Shown here piece after piece: positions 27,493 through 38,070 of a stretch of 64,000 nucleotides of DNA. Numbering within the stretch: the stretch's first letter is position 1; each line of letters opens with the position of its first letter. The translations under genes were made by a program, and so were the position numbers. The notes under the pieces were generated by a model that searched no databases, was not told the DNA's origin, and saw only the letters and a program-made list of their open reading frames with translations. Location of the stretch: contig JANNXA010000022.1 in the NCBI GenBank assembly GCA_031409275.1, positions 236,307 to 300,306 of the forward strand. The letters are read 5' to 3'. Source of the stretch: Planctomycetota bacterium. Its GTDB lineage: Bacteria > Planctomycetota > B15-G4 > SIAN01.

Positions 27493-28806
27493 TCAGGCGG
27501 GCAGCAGTTCCGTCACGACGGCGCCGTCGGGATCGACGAGCGTCACTGGACGATTCGTCGACGCCTGGAACTTGCGCGAGCCGTCGTACCCGAGCAGCTT
27601 CGCGACCGTCGCGAAGAGATCGGGAACTTGAACGGGCCGCTCGACGATCTGTTCGCTGCGCTCGTCTGTGATCCCGATCGGCCGACCGCAGCGCACCCCG
27701 CCGCCGGCGAGCACTGCAAAGTAGTTGCTCGGCCAGTGGTTGCGTCCTTCACCGGCGAGGATCGTCGGGGAACGTCCGAACTCGCCGATGCAGAGCACGA
27801 GCGTGTCGTCGAGGAGCTGACGCTCCGCAAGATCATCGAGCAGCGCCGAGAACGCCGGATCGAGTTCGTCGCAGAGCGCTTTCGTCCGCCGGAAGTTGTC
27901 CTTGTGAGTGTCCCAACCATCGAGCGCCACTTCGACCGCCGCCACCCCCGACTCGATCAGCCGCCGCGCCATGAGCACGCCCTGGCCGAACTTGCTGCGG
28001 CCGTAGCGATCGCGAACCGCATCGGGCTCGAGCCGCAGGTCGAACGCCGGCAGCAGGTTCGAATCCATGAGCCGGCGCGCTCGCAGTCGCTGCACGGCCA
28101 CTTCGTGGACGACCGGCCCACCGCCGCGTTGCGCGAAGTCACCGTCGAGGAGTTCCAGCAGTTCGTCGCGTTGCGCGATCCGTGCCGGATCGGTCGCGCC
28201 GACGCGCGAGAGATTCTCGAGCCGGTTCGAAGGATCGGCGACCATGTACGGGGCCGCCTCGACGCCGAGGTAACCGGGGCCCCACGGCTCGCCGAGCACT
28301 TGCACGAACGCGGGGAGCTCGTGATTCAAGTCACCGATCTCGTGCGCCACGACGGCCCCGAGCGAGGGGAAGGCGACGCTCGGGTTCGGCGAATAGCCCC
28401 AGTGGAGGAGCTGGCGCGCCCGCGCGTGGCTGCCCTCCTTCGACGTCATGGTCCGAACGACCGCGAGCCGTCCTGCGCGCGCCGCGAGCTGAGGCAGGTG
28501 TTCGCAGAAGTACCAACCCGCGACATCGGTCGACAAGGCGCGAAACGGTCCGTTGGTGGCGGTTCCGGGCTTCGGATCGAACGTGTCGATCTGGCTCGGG
28601 CCGCCGTCGAGCCACAAGATCACCAGGCGCTTGCGATTCGGACGGCCGCCGGCCGACTGGGCCAGCCCGTGCGAGCAGACCAGCTCGAGCAGCGGCGGTG
28701 CCGCGAGCAGCCCGGCGCCGCAGCGCGCCAGCAGCGCCAGCAGCTCGCGGCGCGAGAAGGAGCGCGCGCCATCGGGCAGCGGCGGGGGAAGTCGTCCGGT
28801 CGTCAT
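27493..28806 (-). CDS. DUF1501 family protein (Tat substrate)
   Basis: SRRELL Tat motif, WLDGGPSQIDTFDPKP, GWDTH, GEFGRSP and GRNHWP. Confidence 0.9.
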   Translation of the reverse strand: MTTGRLPPPLPDGARSFSRRELLALLARCGAGLLAAPPLLELVCSHGLAQSAGGRPNRKRLVILWLDGGPSQIDTFDPKPGTATNGPFRALSTDVAGWYFCEHLPQLAARAGRLAVVRTMTSKEGSHARARQLLHWGYSPNPSVAFPSLGAVVAHEIGDLNHELPAFVQVLGEPWGPGYLGVEAAPYMVADPSNRLENLSRVGATDPARIAQRDELLELLDGDFAQRGGGPVVHEVAVQRLRARRLMDSNLLPAFDLRLEPDAVRDRYGRSKFGQGVLMARRLIESGVAAVEVALDGWDTHKDNFRRTKALCDELDPAFSALLDDLAERQLLDDTLVLCIGEFGRSPTILAGEGRNHWPSNYFAVLAGGGVRCGRPIGITDERSEQIVERPVQVPDLFATVAKLLGYDGSRKFQASTNRPVTLVDPDGAVVTELLPA

Positions 28807-28843
28807 CGGATCACGCGCTCCTGACGTCGAACCGTGATGGAGC

Positions 28844-30724
28844 TCAATGGTTGCACTGGAACTCCGCCGAGTTGAGCAGCGCCCAAAAGAGGTCTTCGAA
28901 TGCATGGAAGCCTTCGTCGTCGCGGGCATCCACGGCGCGGACGATCGCCGCGGCCTCTGCGGGAGCCGGCGGACGGCCGAGCGTCGCGTACCAGAGGTCG
29001 CGCAGACGCTCTTCGGGCGTGAGCTTCACGTCGAGGAATCGCTCGAGGCGTCCCTCCTTCTTCAGCGTTGCGCTCCGATAGGAGTAGCGCCCATTCATCA
29101 TGAAGAGCGCCTGCGGGATGCTCGCGCCGAGCCGCCGTTCGCCGTTGCCATCGATGGCGGTCACACGGCTCCTCAGTTCATCGAGGAACTTGCTCTGCTC
29201 GCGGTTCCAGGCGCCATTGCGCGATTCGAGGACGACCCCCGTGGTCGCCTGCGTGATCGAGTACTGCAGCTGCTCAGGAGTGAACGCGCGCAGCGGATGG
29301 GCGGCGAAGCAGCGCTCCTGCTCGGCGCGCCGTTCGGGGTCGGCAGCCGTCGAATTGCGAAGCCCATAGGCCTTCGTCCGCACCAGCGCGCCGATCAGTC
29401 CGCGCAGGTCGGTTCCGTTCCGAAGGAAGTCGCGACCGATATCCGCGAGGAGCTCGGGGAGCAGACGATCCTTGCTGCCGCTGAGGTCATCGATCGGCTC
29501 GATCAGCCCCTTGCCGAAGAGGTGCCCCCACGCGCGATTCACGATGGCCTGCGCGAACCAGGGGTTCTCGGGCGAGGTGATCCACGCGGCGAGCGCCTGA
29601 CGCTTCGACTGGTCGGAGAGCGGTTCGTAAGGCCGCGCGTCGAGGAAGCCGGCGTCGCCGAAGAGTTCGCGCCGTTCGCGGAAGAGCGCGACCGCTTCGC
29701 GCGCGTCGGCCGGCAGTCGCGGTGCGAATTCGTCGAGGACCGCATCGGAGGGGGCGGTCATCGATGCTCCCGACGATTCGTCGCCCGAACGGCGGAATCG
29801 AGCAAACAGCTCCTGCAGCGCTGAGAGGCCGTCGCCCGCGTTCGAGCCCTGCGCTTCGCCCCCCATCGCTCCGCCGGCCATCGATGCTCCGGCCATCGCG
29901 CCGTCGTCCATCGCGCCGTCGTCGGCGGCGCCGCGCAGCTTGCGAAGCACGCGGTTCAGCTTTCCGTAGACGCCCCACTCGGGAGTGCGATCGAGCAGGC
30001 GCCAGTGCGGGACGCGTTGACCGACGCCCACCCGAAGGTCGCCCTGCATGTCCGCGAGGAAACCGGTGAAGCGGTTGAACTCGCTGCGCTTCCAGTGGTC
30101 GAACGGATGGTCATGGCACTGCGCGCATTGGATCTGCAGGCCGAGGAACGCGCGCGCGGTGACGCCGGCCAGCGTCTCGATCGTGTCGTAGTACGCGAGC
30201 TGGAAGGACATCGGCCCAGGTTCGGCGCCTTCGCCGGTGGCGCAGTTGAGTTCGCGGACGATCCGGTCGAACGCCATTCCCTTGCTGAACGCCGATTCGA
30301 GCCAGCGCTGCAGGTAGCCGGTCAGCTTCGCCTCATTGACGCCCGAGGCGCCGAGCAGCAATTGCGTCCACAGGCGCGCCAGCGTCTCGGAAAAGCGGCG
30401 ATCGTCGAGGTACTGGTCGACCTTGCGATCTCGCTTGTCCGCGGACGGATCGACGAGGAAGGCGGCCACCTCGCCGGCCTCCGGAATGGTGCTGAGCAGG
30501 TCGATGCTGAGGCGACGCAACCATGTCGCGTCATCGGCCGACGCGGTGTCGGCGAGGCCGCGTGCCGCCCATTCCGCGTCGAGCGCGCGGTCGATGCGCT
30601 CGACCACCGGCGCCCACGAAGCTGCGGACGCCCCCTTCGCACCTTCGTCGAGCGCGGTCGCCCGCGAGACCGCGACGGCGAGGATCGGGCCAGCGGCAAG
30701 CAGGATGAGCCACTTCGATTTCAT
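28844..30724 (-). CDS. DUF1549/DUF1553 (PSCyt2/PSD1) domain protein
   Basis: WLRRLSIDL, FLGLQIQCAQCHDHPFD, LAAWITSPENPWFA, and C-terminal WALLNSAEFQCNH. Confidence 0.92.
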   Translation of the reverse strand: MKSKWLILLAAGPILAVAVSRATALDEGAKGASAASWAPVVERIDRALDAEWAARGLADTASADDATWLRRLSIDLLSTIPEAGEVAAFLVDPSADKRDRKVDQYLDDRRFSETLARLWTQLLLGASGVNEAKLTGYLQRWLESAFSKGMAFDRIVRELNCATGEGAEPGPMSFQLAYYDTIETLAGVTARAFLGLQIQCAQCHDHPFDHWKRSEFNRFTGFLADMQGDLRVGVGQRVPHWRLLDRTPEWGVYGKLNRVLRKLRGAADDGAMDDGAMAGASMAGGAMGGEAQGSNAGDGLSALQELFARFRRSGDESSGASMTAPSDAVLDEFAPRLPADAREAVALFRERRELFGDAGFLDARPYEPLSDQSKRQALAAWITSPENPWFAQAIVNRAWGHLFGKGLIEPIDDLSGSKDRLLPELLADIGRDFLRNGTDLRGLIGALVRTKAYGLRNSTAADPERRAEQERCFAAHPLRAFTPEQLQYSITQATTGVVLESRNGAWNREQSKFLDELRSRVTAIDGNGERRLGASIPQALFMMNGRYSYRSATLKKEGRLERFLDVKLTPEERLRDLWYATLGRPPAPAEAAAIVRAVDARDDEGFHAFEDLFWALLNSAEFQCNH

Positions 30725-30959
30725 CACAGCATCCCGGCACTCAGCGGTGTCCATCACGGCGCGGGGCATCCTACAGCTCTCCTGGCAAACGGGCCTCGCG
30801 AGCGACTCGCACGGCCCCTCCCCCGTTCGAACCGTTGCATCGATCGCGAGGCCGGCCCAAGATCACACGGTGCCTTACTTCGATCGAGATCGACCGACCG
30901 GCCATCAAACCCCGCATTCACGGCGGGTTCCGTTCTCCGTGGATCGGCGCCTCCGCGGG

Positions 30960-31520
30960 ATGCTCCTCCTCGCCGGGCAGGCGCTCTTGTGGTCGACGTC
31001 CGGGTGCGCGGGCGAGCCTCTCGGTGACGCCGCGCTGGTGGACTCGGTGGCGGCGGGGTTCTTCTGGCACGATGTCGGGCCGACCGCCGACAACCATGAA
31101 CACGGCCGTGATCCGAACGCGGAGCTGTGGTTCAACCCACCCGCGTGGGAGGGCTGGCAGGCGATCGGGTCGCCGTTCCTTCACATCGGCCTGACGCCCA
31201 ACTTCTACGGCAACACGACCGAGCTCTACGGCGGCGTCACGTACGACCTCTCACTCACGCACGGCTTCTTCTTCGCGCCCGCAGTCGGGATCACGATCCA
31301 CAACGGACCGTTGCACAAGGAGAAGGTCGGGTGCGAAGAAGACAGCGACTGCGGCTACGGCCATCGCTTGTTGCCGCGTGCAGCGTTCGACCTCGGTTTC
31401 AAGATCGGTGAGCACCACGCCGTTTCGTTCTTCTACGACCACGTGTCGCACAAGCGCCTCCTCCCCGGCGAGAACGAGGGGCTCGACCACGTCGGCGTGC
31501 GCTACCGATTCGCCTTTTGA
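30960..31520 (+). CDS. Outer-membrane acyloxyacyl hydrolase / lipid A 3-O-deacylase (PagL-like)
   Basis: Small beta-barrel pattern with HD near the N-terminus, HVSH...NEGLD and C-terminal Phe (YRFAF). Confidence 0.7.
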   Translation: MLLLAGQALLWSTSGCAGEPLGDAALVDSVAAGFFWHDVGPTADNHEHGRDPNAELWFNPPAWEGWQAIGSPFLHIGLTPNFYGNTTELYGGVTYDLSLTHGFFFAPAVGITIHNGPLHKEKVGCEEDSDCGYGHRLLPRAAFDLGFKIGEHHAVSFFYDHVSHKRLLPGENEGLDHVGVRYRFAF

Positions 31521-31662
31521 GTCCGTGCGACATGCGCGAAACGGACCGTCCGCGCCCGCCCTGCGTTCGTGACGCGGGCGGCGTCGCTGTGAGACCGCGC
31601 CTCGGCCTCGAAGGCGCCTTGTTGGCTATCTTGCGCCGCTTCTTCCGTTGGAGCCGCCTCGC

Positions 31663-32724
31663 ATGTTGACCACGCCCCTGTTCGGTCTGCTGGTGACGGT
31701 CGCGCCGGCGCAAGAGGCCGCCTCCGGACGCCTGCCGCCCACGATCGAGAACGCGAAGCTCGCGGACGAGGAGCTCGTCACTCTCGCCGACAAGAACGAC
31801 GACTGGATCTTCGAGGAGAAGCTCGCCTGCCGGTCGCGGGGAGCCAAGGAGCTTTGGGAGGGAACCCTCGTCGACCCGTCGCTCGGCGCGCCGGTGCGCA
31901 AGGAGTTCCAGACGATCGGGGTGGGCACCGAAAGCGATTCGATTCTCTACTTCGAGTTTGCCGGTGATGTGCCGCCCGCCTGGCGCAAGCAGTTGAACGA
32001 GAAGCTCTTCAGCGCGACGGGCGAGCCGGTCTTCGCGCAGCCAGAGCTCGTCGGCCAATCGGGGAAGCTGCTCGTCGTGCTGTCGTGCTCGCTCACCAGC
32101 AAGATCCGAAAGCCGCTCGGCCATCGACTGCGCACGCGCTTCGGGATGCGCTTCTCGGACCAGGATCCGGCGCACCGCAAGCTCTACGAACCGCTGCAAG
32201 CGGCGCTCCAGCGTGCGAACGCGGCCGAGAAGATCAAGCCGGACCCCGCCGGTCTCGCGTTCGTCAAGGCGCATGCGGCCGAACTCGCGCCGCTCAGCTT
32301 CGGCGCCTTCCTCGAGGCGCGGCTGCACGCCGAAAGCGAGGCGCATGAGCTCGCGGCGACCGCGTATGCGCGCGCTCTCGCGCTCGATGCCAAGGGCGAT
32401 CCGCTGCCCAGCGACGGCAGCGCTTGCGATGCCCTCGAAGGGATCGGAATGGCGGCCTACTACTTGAAACAGTGGCCGGAAGCGATCGCCCGGCTGCGGT
32501 CCGCCACCGACTACGCCGCCTCGATCGGCCGCGCCGACCGGCAGGCGACGGCGCTCTACAACCTTGCGTGCAGCGCGGCGCTGGGTGAACAGCCGGATGC
32601 CGCGATGGCCGCGTTGCAGGAGCTGATCGCTCTCTCGGGGCGCAAGTGGAAGTCGCAGCTGCGTCAGGACGACGATCTCAAGTCGCTGCGAGAACGCGAG
32701 GACTTCAAGGCGCTGGTGAAGTAG
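31663..32724 (+). CDS. Exported TPR protein with TPR end-of-group domain
   Basis: LYNLACSAAL...QDDDLKSLREREDFKALV C-terminal motif. Confidence 0.7.
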   Translation: MLTTPLFGLLVTVAPAQEAASGRLPPTIENAKLADEELVTLADKNDDWIFEEKLACRSRGAKELWEGTLVDPSLGAPVRKEFQTIGVGTESDSILYFEFAGDVPPAWRKQLNEKLFSATGEPVFAQPELVGQSGKLLVVLSCSLTSKIRKPLGHRLRTRFGMRFSDQDPAHRKLYEPLQAALQRANAAEKIKPDPAGLAFVKAHAAELAPLSFGAFLEARLHAESEAHELAATAYARALALDAKGDPLPSDGSACDALEGIGMAAYYLKQWPEAIARLRSATDYAASIGRADRQATALYNLACSAALGEQPDAAMAALQELIALSGRKWKSQLRQDDDLKSLREREDFKALVK

Positions 32725-32931
32725 GCGGCGCCAGCGACTCCGCCGGCGTTACTACCGTCCGGTCGGATCCGTAATCCACCGTTGCAGGAAGGCGCTCGGT
32801 TCGACGACGCCTCGACCACAGGAACGGCGGACACGCTCTCGGATGGATCCCTCGCACGCCGGTGCCGCGGGGAGGAGTGCAGTGAACCGTCGCGTCCGTT
32901 CGCGACACCTTGACGGGCCCATTCGATTCCG

Positions 32932-33699
32932 ATGACGCTGCGTCCCGACCACCTTTCGCCGTCGTTTGGCTCCGAGGAGGAGTCGCTCCCCGCCTTCGAG
33001 CTCAAGTTCCTCGTCGACTCGACGGTGGCCGAGCGGATCACGGCGTGGGCGCGGGGCGAGCTCAGCCCCGATCCCAACGGCGCGTCGCCCGAGAACCCCG
33101 TCTATGACGTGACGACGCTCTACCTCGACACTCCGCGCTTCGGCGTGTTTCACGGCGTGCCCGCGCTCGGCGGCGCCAAGCACCGCGTTCGGCGCTACTC
33201 GGAGTCGACGGTGACCTGGCTCGAGCGCAAGATCCGGCGCGGCGACACCGTTCGCAAGCGACGTTGCGCGACCTCATGCGACCAACTCTCGCAGCTGCTC
33301 GCGGATTCGCCTTCGACGATTCGGAGCGACGATGAGTCGCGCGCCGCCGCCGCCTTCTTCCTCGAAGGGGTCCGCCTCCACGCGCTGCGCCCGGTCTGCC
33401 GGCTCACCTATCGACGGACCGCATTCTTCGGAGCCAGCGAGTCGGGGCCACACCGCCTGACGCTCGACCGCGAGGTTCGCGGCACGGTCGAGCAAGGGTA
33501 TGCGGTCGCGCGCGTCGATCGCGGCGACGACCTGCTCGCCGGCCTCGTCATCTGCGAGCTCAAGTTCCGCGGTGCACTCCCGACCTCGTTCAAGCGCCTG
33601 ATCTCCGACCAGGCCCTTCAGCCGGCGACCGCCAGCAAGTACCGTCGTCTCGTCGCGAGCGTGGGGCTCGCGATGAAGTCCGAGCCTCGCGACAGGTGA
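32932..33699 (+). CDS. VTC (polyphosphate polymerase/CYTH-like) domain protein
   Basis: ELKF, TLYLDT, KHRVRRY, LERK, RLTLD, ELKF and SKY motifs. Confidence 0.85.
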   Translation: MTLRPDHLSPSFGSEEESLPAFELKFLVDSTVAERITAWARGELSPDPNGASPENPVYDVTTLYLDTPRFGVFHGVPALGGAKHRVRRYSESTVTWLERKIRRGDTVRKRRCATSCDQLSQLLADSPSTIRSDDESRAAAAFFLEGVRLHALRPVCRLTYRRTAFFGASESGPHRLTLDREVRGTVEQGYAVARVDRGDDLLAGLVICELKFRGALPTSFKRLISDQALQPATASKYRRLVASVGLAMKSEPRDR

Positions 33700-33706
33700 A
33701 CGGGCG

Positions 33707-35401
33707 ATGACCGACGGTTTCCGCCTCGGCGGCAACGGCTCCTCCAGGTTCCACGGGCGGACGCGGCTCTTGTCGCTCGTCGCGTGGATGTGCGCTGCGT
33801 GGCCGATGGTGGCGCAGGACGCGCCGCCGACCGCGCCCACCGCGAAGGACGGCAAGCAGGCCGTCGATCCGAGTGACGAGTTCTTCAAGAAGGGCGTGAT
33901 TCCGAAACTCGAGATCCTGCTCGAGCCGGACGCCATCGAATCGCTCCGCTCCGCTCCTCGCCAATACGCTCCATGCAAGATCCGCGAGAACGGGAAAGTC
34001 GTTTACGAAGGCGTCGGCATCAAGCTCAAGGGCGCGGCCGGCAGCTTCCGCGAGTTCGACGATTGGAAGCCCGGCTTCACCCTGAACATGGACAAGTTCG
34101 ACGGCAAGGACGAGTTCCACGGGCTGAAGAAGTTCCACCTGAACACCGCGGTCCAGGACGACAGCTTCCTGCACGAGTGGATCGGGTCGGAAGTCTTCCG
34201 CGCGGCGGGCCTCGCCGCGACCCGGGTCACTCATGCGCGCGTCACGGCGGGCGACCGCGATCTTGGCATCTACGTCCTGAAGGAGGGATTCGACAAGCGC
34301 TTCGTCAAACGCTGGTTCCCCGACGACGACAAGGATCCTCTGAACACGGGCAGCCTCTACGACGGCGGCTTCTGCCAGGACATCGACGTCGACCTCGAGA
34401 AGGACGTCGGCAAGGACAAGGCGCGGCACGACGACCTGCACCAGCTGTTCGCGGCGTGCCGCGAGCCGGACGTCGCGAGACGTTGGCAACTGATCCCGGA
34501 GCGCGTCGATCTCGACGAGTTCCTGTCCTTCATGGCGCTCGAGCTCATGCTCGCCCACTGGGACGGCTACTGCGTCAACAAGAACAACTACCGTGTCTAC
34601 TTCGAGCCGAACCACGGCAAGGCGCACTTCATCCCGCACGGAATGGACCAGATCCTGAACGACCCCGGCGCGTCGGTCCTCGACCATCCTTCGGCGATCC
34701 TCGCCGGTGCGGTCATGCGCAATCCCGAGTGGCGCGCCGCCTACCGCAAGAAGGTCGCCGATCTGCTGCCGCTCTTCAACGCGAAGCGACTCGAGAAGCA
34801 GATCGATGACGTGCACGACCGACTGAAGCCGGTCATCACCGCCTGGAACAAGCCGGCGGGTCGCGCGTTCGGTGATCGCGTGAAGTCGCTCGGCGAGCAG
34901 CTCGAGGCGCGCGAGAAGAGCCTGAAAGAACAGAAGAGTGCGCCCGAGCCCAAGCCGCTCGTCTTCACCGAAGGCACCCCGGTGAAGCTGCTCAAGTGGC
35001 GCGCGGCGTCGGAGTGCGAGGACGCGCAGCTCGACCAGCGCGAGGTCGACACCCAGATGTGCATGGTCATCAAGTGCGGTCGCAGCAAGGTCTGCGTGGC
35101 GTCATGGCGCAAGAGCGTCCTGCTGCCGCGCGGCAAGTACAAGCTGCACGGGATGGTGAAGCTCGACAGCGTCGTCGCGCTCGAGGAGGGCAACGACGCG
35201 CCCGGCAAGGGCTGCGGATTGCGCGTCGGCGTCAAGGGGCGCGAGCTCGCGCTGGTCGGCACCACGGGTTTCCGGGCGATCGACTACGAGTTCGAGGTCG
35301 ACGAAGAGATCGGCGACGTGGACCTGATCGCCGAGCTGCGCGCTTCGCGCGGCCAGGCCGCCTTCCGCGTCGACTCGTTCAAGCTGACTCGCAAGGAGTG
35401 A
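33707..35401 (+). CDS. CotH kinase family protein, exported
   Basis: VGIKLKG, GLKKFHLN, HWDGY...NNYRVY and FIPHGMD. Confidence 0.88.
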   Translation: MTDGFRLGGNGSSRFHGRTRLLSLVAWMCAAWPMVAQDAPPTAPTAKDGKQAVDPSDEFFKKGVIPKLEILLEPDAIESLRSAPRQYAPCKIRENGKVVYEGVGIKLKGAAGSFREFDDWKPGFTLNMDKFDGKDEFHGLKKFHLNTAVQDDSFLHEWIGSEVFRAAGLAATRVTHARVTAGDRDLGIYVLKEGFDKRFVKRWFPDDDKDPLNTGSLYDGGFCQDIDVDLEKDVGKDKARHDDLHQLFAACREPDVARRWQLIPERVDLDEFLSFMALELMLAHWDGYCVNKNNYRVYFEPNHGKAHFIPHGMDQILNDPGASVLDHPSAILAGAVMRNPEWRAAYRKKVADLLPLFNAKRLEKQIDDVHDRLKPVITAWNKPAGRAFGDRVKSLGEQLEAREKSLKEQKSAPEPKPLVFTEGTPVKLLKWRAASECEDAQLDQREVDTQMCMVIKCGRSKVCVASWRKSVLLPRGKYKLHGMVKLDSVVALEEGNDAPGKGCGLRVGVKGRELALVGTTGFRAIDYEFEVDEEIGDVDLIAELRASRGQAAFRVDSFKLTRKE

Positions 35402-35463
35402 TCGAGGCCGTGCGCCGCGGCGGCGGCGCGGGTCCGAAGGCAGCGCCGAGGTGTGACCCGACC

Positions 35464-36885
35464 ATGAATCAGCAGACGCGACGCCACTTCCTCCTGACCG
35501 CTGCACGCGGGGGCGCCGGCCTGCTGGTCGCGCCGAGTCTCGCTCCCCTGCTGAACGCGAACCCGCGCGCGCGCCGCAACTCTGCGCTCGGAACGATCCA
35601 GGTCGCGCAGATCGGCTGCGGCAGGATGGGGCGCGGCGACCTGCAGGCCATCCTCAAGGTGCCGCTCGCCCGCGTCGTCGCGGTGTGTGACCTCGATACG
35701 ACGCGCCTCGCCGCGGCGAAGCAGCTCGCCGAGGAGTTCTATCGGAAGCAGGGCGAGGCGAACGTCGCCGTCCGCGCGTGTCGCGATCACCGCGAGCTGC
35801 TGGCGCTGCCGGAGATCGACGCCGTCGTCGTCAGCACGCCCGACCACACGCACGCGATCGTCGCGATCGAAGCGGCCATCGCCGGCAAACATCTCTACGT
35901 CCAGAAGCCGATCACCTACGACGTCTCCGAAGCGATCGCGCTGCGCAAGGCGGTGCTGGCGAAGGGTGTGGTGCTCCAGACCGGTTCGCAGCAGCGATCT
36001 GATGAGCCGTGGAGCGCGTTCCGGATCGCGGCAGCGGCAGTGCGCAATGGCCGGATCGGCCGCCTCCGCTCGATCCGGATCGGGCTGGGCGTCGATGTGC
36101 CGAGCGGCCGCAAGCCGGCGCCGATGGAGGTGCCGCCGAATCTCGACTACGAACGGTGGCTCGGCGCCGCACCGGAGCAGCCCTACATGGAGGGGCGCGT
36201 CCACCCCCAGGGCACTCTCGAAGGTCGCCCCGGCTGGATCACCACCGAGGCATTCGGTCTCGGGATGATCACGAACTGGGGCGCTCACCACGTCGACATC
36301 GCGCAGTGGGCGATGGGAGAGGAGCTCGGCGGGCCGCTCACCGCCGAGGGGCGCGCCGACTTCATGACCGACGACGTCTGGACCGTCCATCGTGGCTACC
36401 ACGTCGAGCTCACCTATCGCGATGAGGTGAGGGTCGTGATCGACGATGGCTTCGCCGTCGGACTCGAATTCGAAGGGGACGAAGGGACACTCTTCTGCGC
36501 GCGCGGGGAGGCGACTGCGACCGCGAGCGACCCGAACGCGCCGTCCGCCGCGGTCAGCCGCGCGCTGCGGGCGAGCGACGCGAAGATCCTCGAGCCGCTT
36601 GGCGAGCGCGCGATCGTCCTCCCGCCGAGTCGCAACCACTACGTCAACTGGATCGAGTGCATCCGTGATCGTCGCGAGCCGGTGGCGCCGATCGCGCAGT
36701 CCGCGCGCAGTCTGACCGCTTGCTACATCGCGTGGCTCTCGATGAAGCTTGGGCGCAAGCTGCGCTGGGACCCGACCAAGGAGCGGTTCCTCGATGACGA
36801 AGAGGCCAACGCCCGTCTCGGCCGCCGCGCGCGCCGTGACGACTACGACGTCGCGCTCGCGATGAAGAAGGCGGGACTCGAGTAG
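35464..36885 (+). CDS. Gfo/Idh/MocA family oxidoreductase (Tat substrate)
   Basis: TRRHFL Tat motif, IGCGRMG, STPDHTH, QKP, QTGSQQRS and NWGAHHVD. Confidence 0.92.
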   Translation: MNQQTRRHFLLTAARGGAGLLVAPSLAPLLNANPRARRNSALGTIQVAQIGCGRMGRGDLQAILKVPLARVVAVCDLDTTRLAAAKQLAEEFYRKQGEANVAVRACRDHRELLALPEIDAVVVSTPDHTHAIVAIEAAIAGKHLYVQKPITYDVSEAIALRKAVLAKGVVLQTGSQQRSDEPWSAFRIAAAAVRNGRIGRLRSIRIGLGVDVPSGRKPAPMEVPPNLDYERWLGAAPEQPYMEGRVHPQGTLEGRPGWITTEAFGLGMITNWGAHHVDIAQWAMGEELGGPLTAEGRADFMTDDVWTVHRGYHVELTYRDEVRVVIDDGFAVGLEFEGDEGTLFCARGEATATASDPNAPSAAVSRALRASDAKILEPLGERAIVLPPSRNHYVNWIECIRDRREPVAPIAQSARSLTACYIAWLSMKLGRKLRWDPTKERFLDDEEANARLGRRARRDDYDVALAMKKAGLE

Positions 36886-36891
36886 GGCCTC

Positions 36892-37938
36892 TCAGCGAAG
36901 CGACTGCAGGTCGATCACGAAGCGGTACTTGACGTCGCCCTTCAGCATGCGCTCGTAGGCGCCGTTGATCGACTGCATCGTGATCCGCTCGATGTCGGCC
37001 GTGATCCGGTGCTTGGCGCAGAAGTCGAGCATCTCCTGCGTCTCGCGGACGCCGCCGATCAGCGAACCGGCGATCGCTTTGCGTCCCATGATCAGCGGGA
37101 AGACGCCGGGGGACGGATGCGGCGTGGCCGGCACTCCCACGAGGCAAAGGGTGCCGTCCCGCGTCAGGCAGGCGAGCAGCGGATCGAGGTCGTGCGGCGC
37201 GGCGACCGTATCGAGGATGAAGCTGAGCCGGCCCGCATGGCGCGCCATCTCGTCGGGCTTGTGGCTGAGGACGATGTCATGGGCACCGAAGGCCTTGGCA
37301 TCGGCCACCTTGCCGGGCGACGTCGTGAAGACGACGACCTCGGCCCCCATTGCCGCGGCGAGCTTCACCCCCATGTGGCCGAGGCCGCCGAGCCCGACGA
37401 CGCCGATCTTGGAGCCGGGGCCGACCTTCCAGTGGCGCAACGGCGAGTACGTGGTGATGCCGGCGCAGAGGAGCGGTGCGGCGGCGGCGAGGTCGAGGTT
37501 GCGCGGCATCTTCAGGACGAATGCTTCGTCCACGGTGATGTCGGTCGTGTAACCGCCGTAGGTCGGACCGCCCGTGTGCTTGTCGACGCCCATGTAGGTA
37601 CCGACGAAACCACCGCCGACGCAATAGTTCTCGAGGTGCTCCCGGCACGATGGACAGGTGCGGCAGGAGTCGACCATGCAGCCCACTCCCACCGTGTCGC
37701 CGACCTTGTGCGTCGTCACCTGCGCGCCGACCGCCGTGACGCGCCCGACGATCTCGTGTCCGGCGATCGCGGGGTACGGGATCGGGCCCCAATCGCCGCG
37801 CACGAAGTGCAGGTCGGAGTGGCAGACGCCGCAGAACGCGATGTCGATCGCCACGTCGGTCGGGCCGGGGCGGCGGCGCTCGATGGTGTGCGGCGCGAGG
37901 GGTGTCGTGGCGGAGAAGGCGGCGAAGGCATGCGTCAT
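36892..37938 (-). CDS. Zn-dependent NAD(P) alcohol dehydrogenase (cinnamyl-ADH/YahK-like)
   Basis: CGVCHSD, GHEIVG, CRTCPSC...C, LCAGITTYSPL, GLGGLG and GDVKYRFVID. Confidence 0.95.
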   Translation of the reverse strand: MTHAFAAFSATTPLAPHTIERRRPGPTDVAIDIAFCGVCHSDLHFVRGDWGPIPYPAIAGHEIVGRVTAVGAQVTTHKVGDTVGVGCMVDSCRTCPSCREHLENYCVGGGFVGTYMGVDKHTGGPTYGGYTTDITVDEAFVLKMPRNLDLAAAAPLLCAGITTYSPLRHWKVGPGSKIGVVGLGGLGHMGVKLAAAMGAEVVVFTTSPGKVADAKAFGAHDIVLSHKPDEMARHAGRLSFILDTVAAPHDLDPLLACLTRDGTLCLVGVPATPHPSPGVFPLIMGRKAIAGSLIGGVRETQEMLDFCAKHRITADIERITMQSINGAYERMLKGDVKYRFVIDLQSLR

Positions 37939-38070
37939 CGGCGGCGACCTCGTTGGGTCGGAGTGAATCTACGGCGATCCGCGCGCGCAGCACCGACTCT
38001 TCTGGTGGCGGGGTGGGCGTCCGATCTGCCGGTCACAGGGCTACCATCCTCGACCCGATCGGAGCCCTCG

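Noticed and set aside
32725..32931. Intergenic region upstream of the VTC gene as a riboswitch or ncRNA
   Set aside because: No recognisable riboswitch or tRNA motif by eye; no rRNA or tRNA was recognised anywhere in the window.
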